From the NCBI RefSeq assembly GCF_000253295.1, contig NC_015717.1, forward strand, positions 3,188,575-3,220,574: a DNA stretch of 32,000 bases. Reading direction: 5' to 3'. The notes beneath the pieces were generated by a model, which was given only the letters and a program-made list of their open reading frames with translations, was not told where the DNA came from and made no database searches. The first letter of the stretch is position 1. Every line of letters begins with the position of its first letter. Below are positions 25,361 through 32,000 of the stretch, piece after piece. A program made the position numbers and the translations under genes. This stretch comes from Hyphomicrobium sp. MC1 (GTDB taxonomy: Bacteria; Pseudomonadota; Alphaproteobacteria; Rhizobiales; Hyphomicrobiaceae).

Positions 25361-25903
25361 TCAGGTTGGGTTGGGTTGCTGCGCTGCAGACGCTCGGACT
25401 TCGCGCACGTCACAAACGGCCGATGAGGACGACCAGATGAGCCTCAATCTGATCAGAGCCGCGACGGCAGCAGTCAAAAAGCCTGCAGGAACGATCGCTT
25501 GTGAAATTGCGATGGATATTTGCGCAGCATCGCTCAGCTGTCCATAACGATAAAAGCGCTCGATCAAGGGTGCTGTCCAGAAGGTGATATAAAGTGAGAC
25601 ACCGATCAGGCAGAAAAGCGCAATCGAGTTCGTAACTTTCTGCCCCAAAGGCGGCAAGCGGCCGATAACGAGCTCCATCTTGATCTGGCGATCGCTGAGC
25701 GTCATAGCGGACAGCCCCGCAAACACCGATAGCGTCAGGAGATACATCATGACCTCCTCTGCCCACATGATAGGTGCTAGAAATACGAAGCGGCCGATGA
25801 TATTCGCGACGTTGAGCCCAACAATGAGCGCCAGAGCGAGCGCAGCCACACATTGGCATGCCCACTCCAGTCGAACTCCTAACTTTTCTGCTGATATCGT
25901 CAT
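25361..25903 (-). CDS. dctQ: TRAP transporter small permease subunit (DctQ family)
   Basis: 180 aa with four predicted hydrophobic helices. WAEEVMMYL motif typical of DctQ. Located between dctP and dctM. Confidence 0.85.
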   Translation of the reverse strand: MTISAEKLGVRLEWACQCVAALALALIVGLNVANIIGRFVFLAPIMWAEEVMMYLLTLSVFAGLSAMTLSDRQIKMELVIGRLPPLGQKVTNSIALFCLIGVSLYITFWTAPLIERFYRYGQLSDAAQISIAISQAIVPAGFLTAAVAALIRLRLIWSSSSAVCDVREVRASAAQQPNPT

Positions 25904-25971
25904 TTCAATCCTACTCGTCTGAGCCAGTTACTGAGGCCGCGCGTGGGCCGAAGCACAGGCAGCCGCAAGCT

Positions 25972-26982
25972 TCACTCGACCCTAGCTTGCGCAGCCTTGA
26001 GGCTCTTGTACGCCTCGGCCGTCGTTTGATCGCTAGAAAGCAAGGTGTCCGACAGGGTCGCGAGAGAGGCTCTGGCCTTATCATCGTCATCCTTGCTCAG
26101 TTGCTCGAGCTTGCCGCCGTTCTTGATCCACGCTTGCTGCTGCGCGGCGTAAAAATTCTTGAGCCATGGGGCGAGCGATGCCGAAATGTCGTCAGCGCTC
26201 TTCTCAACGACGGCGCGCAGGTCTGGAGGGAGCTGGTCGAGCCATGTTCGGCTTAGGACGAAGACGCTCGTTGAGTACGTGAATGCCGTCTCGGTCATGA
26301 CTGGCGCGACATCATAAAAGCGAAGCTGATTTATGACAGAAAGCACGATATAGACCCCGTCGATCGTTCCCTGCTGAAGGGAAGGGAGAACTTCACCAAG
26401 AGAAATGGGTATTGGCGACGCTCCGAGTTTCTTCACGCTCTCGATCTGAATTGGTGATGACATGATGCGGATCTTCTTGCCGCTGAGATCGGAGATGCTG
26501 GCGAGGGGCTGCCGGGTGTTGAACCCCGTGGGACCACTGACAAATATTCCGCCGACTTCCAAACCCTTCTCCGCCCCAAAGGAGAAGAAGAGCTTGCGGA
26601 ATTCCTTATCGTGCAGCACGCGTTCGGTTTGATCCCAATCTTTGAATAGCCCGGCGGCGCCGAGAATTTGAAACCGCTTGTCGACGCCTTCGAAGAATTC
26701 GCTCGGCGCAATGAAGCCCTGGATGGCGCCGATCTGGGTCGATTCGATTTGACGGGGAATCGATCCGAGCTGACTGGCAGGATAAATTTCGACTTTGATG
26801 CGTCCGCCTGACTTCTCTTCGACCTCTTTAGCAAGACGTTTGTAGTACTCGTGCTGACCGTCATTGATAGTGGCGGTGCCAAGCTTCATGATGATCGGCG
26901 ATTGCGCCTCAGACGTCGACGAGAGCCCCATTAGCCCCAACGCGAGCGAAGCACAAATGGTGAGGTGCGCGACAAGCCGCAT
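25972..26982 (-). CDS. dctP: TRAP transporter periplasmic substrate-binding protein (DctP family)
   Basis: Signal peptide MRLVAHLTICASLALGLMGLSSTSEA, followed by a DctP-like sequence (IYPASQLG, GLEVGGIF, FNTR). GGGGGAA Shine-Dalgarno lies 6 nt before the ATG. Confidence 0.9.
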   Translation of the reverse strand: MRLVAHLTICASLALGLMGLSSTSEAQSPIIMKLGTATINDGQHEYYKRLAKEVEEKSGGRIKVEIYPASQLGSIPRQIESTQIGAIQGFIAPSEFFEGVDKRFQILGAAGLFKDWDQTERVLHDKEFRKLFFSFGAEKGLEVGGIFVSGPTGFNTRQPLASISDLSGKKIRIMSSPIQIESVKKLGASPIPISLGEVLPSLQQGTIDGVYIVLSVINQLRFYDVAPVMTETAFTYSTSVFVLSRTWLDQLPPDLRAVVEKSADDISASLAPWLKNFYAAQQQAWIKNGGKLEQLSKDDDDKARASLATLSDTLLSSDQTTAEAYKSLKAAQARVE

Positions 26983-27275
26983 TCAAATTCCCCCGAAAAC
27001 AGCAAAGTGTGTAAATGCTCTGATAATTAGATACCGGCTAGTATGTTTTTCTATGTATAAGGTGTGCCCCAAGTCAATCCGCATAGACATGATAAGAATA
27101 TGCGAAGAACAGCTAAGGACTACGCATGAGCGGCAAACGCCGATTGATCGTCGGAATCTCGGGTGCTTCGGGTGTTGTCTATGGCGCGCGACTGATTGAA
27201 GTTTTGAGAGATCTCGATGTCGAAACGCACCTCGTGATCACAAAAAGCGCGATCGTCACCGCCTCGATTGAAGGC
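26848..27275. repeat. Arm A of an inverted segmental duplication (5' end of dctP, the dctP-ubiX intergenic region, 5' end of ubiX)
   Basis: The reverse complement of this segment aligns by eye, at roughly three quarters identity with several indels, to 28440-28871 (see findings for aligned strings). Confidence 0.8.
27080..27104. promoter_or_regulatory. Inverted repeat CGCATA-N13-TATGCG in the dctP/ubiX divergent promoter region; candidate operator
   Basis: Seen directly. The same 6-13-6 element (one mismatch) recurs at 28612-28636 in the duplicated copy of this intergenic region. Confidence 0.35.
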
Positions 27276-27701
27276 GTCGACATCAATCAGCTTCGCGCCA
27301 ATGCAACGACCACCTATGCCAACGCCGATCTCGCCGCGCCGATCTCGTCTGGTTCTTTTCTGGCTGATGGGATGTTTGTTATCCCCTGCTCTATCAAGAG
27401 CATGAGCGAAATCGCGACCGGCGTAACATCCTCGTTGCTCAGTCGTGCAGCCGATGTCGTGCTGAAGGAGAGACGTCGACTGGTTCTCGCCGTACGCGAG
27501 ACGCCGTTGCATACCGGTCACTTGCGCACCATGACTTCTCTTTCAGAAATGGGCGCGATTATCTCGCCGCTCGCGCCCGCCTTTTACAATCGACCCGCCA
27601 CGGTCGACGATCTCATCGATCACACCATCGGAAGGCTTCTAGATCTCTTTGGGTTAGATGCCGGGATCGTAAAACGCTGGTCAGGAGCACGGCCCAGTTG
27701 A
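27126..27701 (+). CDS. ubiX: UbiX-family flavin prenyltransferase
   Basis: MSGKRRLIVGISGASGVVYGARLIEVL...HLVITKSA...VIPCSIKSMSEIATGV...LKERRRLVLAVRETPL is the canonical UbiX/Pad1 pattern. Confidence 0.9.
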   Translation: MSGKRRLIVGISGASGVVYGARLIEVLRDLDVETHLVITKSAIVTASIEGVDINQLRANATTTYANADLAAPISSGSFLADGMFVIPCSIKSMSEIATGVTSSLLSRAADVVLKERRRLVLAVRETPLHTGHLRTMTSLSEMGAIISPLAPAFYNRPATVDDLIDHTIGRLLDLFGLDAGIVKRWSGARPS

Positions 27702-28270
27702 CAACAGATCCCGTCGACGGGGGTCCCGCGATAGACCTTTGGAACTTTTCTCTGGACGTCTACGCAGCCACCGGCGTCGCGGAAGAATGTCTCACTTTGC
27801 AAGACAGCTATCGCCTCGACGTCAATCTGATCCTGATGGCGGCCTTCGCTGGAGTGAAAGGAAGAAATATACCGCAGAGCCATTTGGACGACGCGAGCCG
27901 ATGCACGGCCGACTGGTACGCCAATGTTATTTGCGGCCTGCGCGGTGTGCGCCGAGCTACCAAGGGCTTGATCGCGAATTGCAGCAATCCGCAAGAATGG
28001 GAAACTTTACGACGCAGCTTAAAGGATATCGAGCTCAAGGCAGAGAAAGAAGAGCAGGCGACATTGGCAAATTGGATGCAAGCTCACTCGGCGTCGTGGC
28101 CAACGGCCCCTGCCCGCGAGGCCGTGGTCACCAACCTTGGCAGCCTTTTCAATTTTTATGGGATGGACGACAACGATCCTAATCGGGTTTCCTACCATCT
28201 CATCGTAGCCTGCGAGAAATTCATCGCAGCACGTGAGCCGTCGACAGCAAGGGGCTGTTGCGGCTCCTGA
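27698..28270 (+). CDS. TIGR02444-like conserved hypothetical protein
   Basis: LWNFSLDVYAATGVAEECLTLQDSYRLDVNLILMAAF resembles the N-terminal signature of that family as I recall it. TTG start overlaps the ubiX stop (TTGA). No ATG is available upstream of the conserved N-terminus. Confidence 0.6.
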   Translation: MTTDPVDGGPAIDLWNFSLDVYAATGVAEECLTLQDSYRLDVNLILMAAFAGVKGRNIPQSHLDDASRCTADWYANVICGLRGVRRATKGLIANCSNPQEWETLRRSLKDIELKAEKEEQATLANWMQAHSASWPTAPAREAVVTNLGSLFNFYGMDDNDPNRVSYHLIVACEKFIAAREPSTARGCCGS

Positions 28271-28439
28271 GGTCCACCGGAAAACGCGTGCGATGTCGCT
28301 TAGGAACGGACCGCGAACTGCAGCGGCGAGCGATTGTCTTCAAATCTATTCACGCCAATCCTTGAGCTGCGCCGGCATCGTCGCACAAACGATGTCCGCT
28401 AAGCGCCAACCGATCGCGCTTCGTCCCGATAGAGCTTCG

Positions 28440-28584
28440 ATGGCAACGGCCTGAGCCGTGCGCACGGTACGCCTTTTTTTGATCACGAGATGCGTTCGAT
28501 ATCGAGATCTTCGAAACGTCAATCACCGCGCGCCAGAGACGATAGACGAAGCCACAAAAATCCAACGAACAGCCGGCGTTTCAT
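28440..28584 (-). pseudogene. ubiX paralogue remnant (5' fragment with frameshifts and indels); may extend in more decayed form toward ~28290
   Basis: Minus strand from ATG 28584: atgaaacgccggctgttcgttgga...gacgtttcgaagatctcgatatcgaacgcatctcgtgatcaaaaaaagg. ubiX reads atgagcggcaaacgccgattgatcgtcgga...gaagttttgagagatctcgatgtcgaaacgcacctcgtgatcacaaaaagc. The remnant reads MKRRLFVG and then loses frame. Confidence 0.6.
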
Positions 28585-28611
28585 AATCAGGCGTGTTCCT
28601 TAGTTATTCTA

Positions 28612-28636
28612 CGCATACCCTTATCATATCTATACG
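28612..28636. promoter_or_regulatory. Second copy of the 6-13-6 inverted repeat (CGCATA-N13-TATACG), upstream of the outer-membrane protein gene
   Basis: Seen directly. Positional equivalent of 27080-27104 within the duplicated intergenic region. Confidence 0.3.
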
Positions 28637-28734
28637 GATTGACTCCGGTCGCGCCCCGTACATACAAAATACATACTGGTTGGTATCTATTTATCCGGCA
28701 CGTTTACACACCTTGTTGTTTTGGGGGAATTTGA

Positions 28735-28871
28735 ATGCAGGTCGTCGCACATCTCACTCTGGGGCTCCATCTGCGCAGCCGCAGATGGAGCTCTTGTCGA
28801 AGTCTGAGACACAATCGCAGATCGTCTTGAAGCTTAGCGCCGCCGCCATCTGTGACAGATCGGAAGCGTGA
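28735..28871 (+). pseudogene. dctP paralogue remnant (signal-peptide and N-terminal fragment, out of frame)
   Basis: ATG 28735 gives MQVVAHLTLGL, versus DctP MRLVAHLTICASLALGL. A shifted frame gives SETQSQIVLKLSAAAICD, versus DctP SEAQSPIIMKLGTATIND. There are stops in all frames, and it retains the GGGGGAA Shine-Dalgarno. Confidence 0.6.
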
Positions 28872-28980
28872 AGAAACTCGAAGCTCGCCTATGTCGTCGT
28901 CCCGACGCGGCGAGCGCGAACAGTCGTGCGCAGCTGCCTGGGGGGTAAGCGCGCACCGTTTGCCCAAAAGACCGATATCG

Positions 28981-29868
28981 ATGGAGATCATGATGTTAAG
29001 CAGAACTAAGACGTTGGCGTCACTCGTGCTCGGACTTTCCGTCCTATTGGAGGCCGCGGCTCCGGCCGGAGCAACCTCGTGGACGCCGCCCGGCGTCACG
29101 ATGGGCCTTACCCTGGGCGCTGCGTTACCACCCGGGATTTATGTCTCCAACCTCCTGCATTATGGCGACGGGCCAGACAAGACTGTAACGGCCGAAATCC
29201 CAGGGTTCACCTGGTCTACTGGAAAGGAGTTCCTTGGCGCCCAGTATTCTGCCGCCCTCATCCTTGAAGGCTTAAATTTGCATTTCAAAAATCCGAAATC
29301 GATCAATAAATCCGGCATTTTCAGCCCGCTGCTCGTACCTGTAAGTTTGTCATGGAATTTAGGACAGGGGTACTTCGTGTCGGTTAGCGAAGGTGTCATG
29401 TTTCCATTCGATAGCGACGTGTCCCTGACGACAGCTGGCGAGACGAGTGGATGGGCCGCCGAAACGCGCGTCGCCTTCAGCTATCTGAAAGATGGTTGGG
29501 TCATTTCCGCAAACACGATTTTTGGCGCCACGACGCCCGATGACGTTGGACGAAAGCAGCCGGACTATTTCAACGTTGATTGGAGCGTCGCGCACACTTT
29601 CGGAAAATGGCAAGTTGGCGTCGTTGGGTATGGCGCATGGGATTTAGAAACCACAGTCACGAATTCTGCAGCCGGCGCAGGTCACATCGCAGGCGTCGGC
29701 GGTCTCGTGGGCTATGATTTCGGCGGTGCCAAGCTCCTCGTCGAACTCACCCATGCGGTTGAACAAGGCGGGACCACAAACTATTCACGCAACGATACTC
29801 ACATCTGGACGCGTCTGTCGTTCCCAATTTGGAGACCCGAGTCGGAACAATCCGCCTCGTTGAAGTAG
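28981..29868 (+). CDS. Outer-membrane beta-barrel protein, probably of the MetA-pathway phenol-degradation-like transporter family (putative aromatic-compound channel)
   Basis: Signal peptide MEIMMLSRTKTLASLVLGLSVLLEAAAPAGA. The mature part has alternating beta-strand-like sequence and ends with an aromatic-rich C-terminal region. PPGIYVSN and the G/Y/W-rich strands resemble that family. Start could be 28981, 28990 or 28993. The track start at 28852 lies in the dctP remnant. Confidence 0.65.
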   Translation: MEIMMLSRTKTLASLVLGLSVLLEAAAPAGATSWTPPGVTMGLTLGAALPPGIYVSNLLHYGDGPDKTVTAEIPGFTWSTGKEFLGAQYSAALILEGLNLHFKNPKSINKSGIFSPLLVPVSLSWNLGQGYFVSVSEGVMFPFDSDVSLTTAGETSGWAAETRVAFSYLKDGWVISANTIFGATTPDDVGRKQPDYFNVDWSVAHTFGKWQVGVVGYGAWDLETTVTNSAAGAGHIAGVGGLVGYDFGGAKLLVELTHAVEQGGTTNYSRNDTHIWTRLSFPIWRPESEQSASLK

Positions 29869-30125
29869 CAGCGCTGCCGGAGGCTCTAGAAAAAGGTGCC
29901 TCCGATTGCGAAATTATGTGCGATCGTGGCACTCCCCTGAAGTCAAGCCGGGTGACGCGGACGGCACGTGCCTCAGAGCTCGATATCATTTCCCTCCGCT
30001 TTATCCCGAGCAACCGCTCCATCCTTGCGCGGGTTCGGCCGTCCACTGATCTGGCACGTCCAAGAAGGGACCTAAGCGAACGTTGAGCACCTGGCTTCAT
30101 TGTTATTCCGTGGAGCGCACCTTCG

Positions 30126-30686
30126 TTGTCTGAGCGACCTTCGCCTCTGCAAATCAGCCGGCATTATGCTCGAGCAGTCGCAATTCGTCGGGCAAACGTG
30201 CTGAAGGGGCACGCCACGTTGCCTGCCGCACCCTATGGCAATTTCACCGAACCGCTGCCGCGAACCGCCAATGAACTCCTGATCCGTGTCCGACGAACGG
30301 TCGACGATGCTGCCGAAAACGGCATATCTTGGCACGCAGTCGTTGATGCAGTTCGAGCCCAAGCTAAGTTTTTCTGGCCCTCGCTCACACTTACCGAACG
30401 CAGCCGTATTATTCGTCATCTACGGCCTTACTGGGACGTGCACCGCTTTCGGGTTGCCCCGCAGATGGAATCCATCATCCGCCGGCGCGTCGATGCAGGA
30501 GCCTTGCAGTTTGTCGCCGGGGCGATCGAGAAGCTGAGTTTTCGACGCGGGGGTGTCGAAGTCGTACTGCGCTTGTCGCGCTCTGACCGCCGCCTTGCGC
30601 GCATCATCAACGCGATTGTTTTTGCAACCGGCCCCGATCATCGCAACATTCTTGCAAGTCAACGCTTTCTCGCTGAGCTCGAATGA
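30126..30686 (+). pseudogene. Truncated fragment of an FAD/NAD(P)-binding (PF13454-like) oxidoreductase gene
   Basis: Contains the mid-protein motif LTLTERSRIIRHLRPYWDVHRFRVAP typical of that family. It lacks the N-terminal dinucleotide-binding GxGxxG region (about 200 aa expected upstream, where the OMP gene lies) and appears short at the C-terminus. TTG start only. Confidence 0.5.
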
Positions 30687-30790
30687 TCGTCGGGATGGCG
30701 GATGGCCAGCCTGCTTTCACCCCAGGCCAGTTTTGCCCTGTTCAAACGACCGTGGCCAATCGACGAAGGATTATGCGTTCGGCAAGTCCG

Positions 30791-31588
30791 CTAATCGACC
30801 AAACGTCCATTTTTATAAGATTCTATCAAGCGGGCGCGCTGATTGGCGTCCCCAGGATTACCCTCATCTATTTGTTCGCCGTGATGCAGAACGATGGCTC
30901 TTCTCGCCTCTGAGAAGACCAAGTCCAAATCATGTTCGATCCAGAGAACCGCAAGCTTTTTGCGGGTGAGAGCCAACCGGACCATCTGGCCGATAAGGGG
31001 ACGTTCATCGTGGCTCAATCCCGAGGCCGGCTCATCAAGCAGAAGGAGTTTGGGCCGACCTATAAGCGCGCGCGCAAGATCGACACGACGAAGTAAGCCG
31101 AACGGCAAGTCGCTACAGCGCTCTCCCCAAATTTTCTGCAAGCCACACAAGTTGAGTATTTCAAACGCTTCTTCACGCGCAAGCTTCTCTGCCCGAAGTG
31201 CCGCCCATGGCCGAGCAAGCGTCCCGAACACATTCAGCGCGAAGTGAGTGGTCAACCCCAACAGGACGTTATCTAGAACGGAATGACTGGATATCAGATT
31301 CAATCCCTGAAATGTCCGGCTCACTCCTACCCGCGCCCTACGATGGGCTGCAAGTCGGTCTAGACGGACGTTATCAAGGCTGATACGGGCATCCCGTTTT
31401 GTGGGATATACGCCACTTATGCAGTTTAGGAACGCCGACTTGCCGGCGCCGTTCGGTCCTATCAACGCTACGACTTCCGATTCTCTAATCGATAGGTTGA
31501 TGTTGTTCAGGACAACTATTCCGCCAAAAGACAAATTAACGTTTTGTACCTCTACGAGAGGAAGCTGCTGGGACTGATCCAATGACAT
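30791..31588 (-). CDS. ABC transporter ATP-binding protein, LivG-like (branched-chain amino acid/urea-type uptake family)
   Basis: Walker A GPNGAGKS, signature region LPFGLLRRVDLARAL, Walker B LLLLDEPASGL, H-loop IEHDL. Confidence 0.9.
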   Translation of the reverse strand: MSLDQSQQLPLVEVQNVNLSFGGIVVLNNINLSIRESEVVALIGPNGAGKSAFLNCISGVYPTKRDARISLDNVRLDRLAAHRRARVGVSRTFQGLNLISSHSVLDNVLLGLTTHFALNVFGTLARPWAALRAEKLAREEAFEILNLCGLQKIWGERCSDLPFGLLRRVDLARALIGRPKLLLLDEPASGLSHDERPLIGQMVRLALTRKKLAVLWIEHDLDLVFSEARRAIVLHHGEQIDEGNPGDANQRARLIESYKNGRLVD

Positions 31589-32000
31589 TCAAGTGCTCGC
31601 AGGAGAAGAGTTGACCAAGCCTAAGAGCATGCCGTGCATCGTTTCGAGACTTGAGTCATCGATATGATCGAACGTCGCGATCGGCCAACCTCTGTCAATG
31701 ACAATGGCACGGTCCGAGAGGTGCGGGATCCATTGCGTGTCGGATTCGGCGACGAGAATTGTCAGTGAAAGCTCGTTTCGCAAGCGCCTTAAGCTTTGGC
31801 AAAGCATTTCCACGACAGGCGTGGCCAATCCTAGGCTCGGTTCATCAAGCAACAAGAGCTTGGGCGACGCGAGAAGCGCCATAGCCAAAGCAAGCATTTG
31901 CTGCTCGCCGCCGGATAAATTTCCAGCCTGCGTCTTTCGTCGTTCTGCCAGACGGGGAAACCAATCGAATGCGTCAGCCTTTTTTCTACCGTGCTGAGCG
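31589..32000 (-). CDS. ABC transporter ATP-binding protein, LivF-like (5' end beyond the right window edge)
   Basis: The reverse complement reads ...FPRLAERRKTQAGNLSGGEQQMLALAMALLASPKLLLLDEPSLGLA... (signature plus Walker B). Its stop TGA 31591-31589 abuts the LivG-like ATG at 31588. Confidence 0.85.
   Translation of the reverse strand, partial: AQHGRKKADAFDWFPRLAERRKTQAGNLSGGEQQMLALAMALLASPKLLLLDEPSLGLATPVVEMLCQSLRRLRNELSLTILVAESDTQWIPHLSDRAIVIDRGWPIATFDHIDDSSLETMHGMLLGLVNSSPAST

Larger units (their letters stand above)
28440..28871. repeat. Arm B of the inverted segmental duplication (decayed ubiX 5' remnant, conserved intergenic copy, decayed dctP 5' remnant)
   Basis: Example: 28596-28760 ttccttagttattctacgcatacccttatcatatctatacggattgact...gggggaatttgaatgcaggtcgtcgcacatctcac. 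The reverse complement of 26960-27118 reads gtccttagctgttcttcgcatattcttatcatgtctatgcggattgact...gggggaatttgaatgcggcttgtcgcgcacctcac. Confidence 0.8.

Noticed and set aside
28350-28871. Track ORFs 28350..28565(-) and 28593..28871(+) as genes
   Set aside because: They are chance open frames across the decayed ubiX and dctP remnants and the duplicated promoter region. Homology to the intact genes jumps between frames.
29878-29904. Hairpin CGGAGGC-N13-GCCTCCG just after the OMP gene as an intrinsic terminator
   Set aside because: The 7-bp stem has a 13-nt loop and no following T-tract. This is insufficient to call a terminator.
1-32000. CRISPR arrays, tRNA/rRNA genes, IS elements, retron-like ncRNA
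   Set aside because: Visual scanning of all intergenic regions (1259-1698, 5108-5315, 15510-15979, 26983-27125, 28271-28980, 29869-30125, 30687-30790) showed none of these. There were no short regularly spaced repeats, cloverleaf-type sequences, transposase frames or reverse transcriptase. A computational scan would be needed to exclude them fully.

Overview
The window looks like an alphaproteobacterial-type replicon of about 55-60% GC, judged by eye, with two parts. Part 1 (1 to about 15.6 kb) is accessory and island-like. It starts with a minus-strand recombination module: DUF3489, a frameshifted DUF2924 and a large serine recombinase that runs off the left edge. Next is a plus-strand pair, an OLD-family ABC-ATPase/Toprim nuclease and a DUF2130 coiled-coil PD-(D/E)xK protein. 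The main item is a four-gene, translationally coupled minus-strand operon (15509 down to 5316). It encodes a Clp-D2-type AAA+ ATPase with a degenerate N-terminal AAA-like module and a small NrdG/PflA/QueE-like radical SAM protein. It also encodes a 2106-aa giant (two Zn-ribbons, a catalytically dead kinase fold, a DUF4011-like region, an Upf1-like SF1 helicase and a C-terminal REase-like domain) and a 462-aa coiled-coil protein with no recognisable domain. I do not recognise this gene combination as a named system and consider it the best candidate for an undescribed conflict or anti-phage system. Part 2 (about 15.98-29.9 kb) is an aromatic-acid catabolic supercluster. It contains TetR, PaaA/B/C-like oxygenase subunits with a split PaaD, a crotonase and an alpha/beta hydrolase. 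It also contains an AMP-forming CoA ligase, UbiD-like decarboxylase, TRAP transporter (DctPQM), UbiX, a TIGR02444-like protein and an outer-membrane channel. Within it is an inverted segmental duplication that left ubiX and dctP remnants and a conserved promoter/operator copy. The right end carries a truncated FAD/NAD(P)-binding gene fragment and LivG/LivF-type ABC ATPases. I found no rRNA, tRNA, CRISPR array or IS element.
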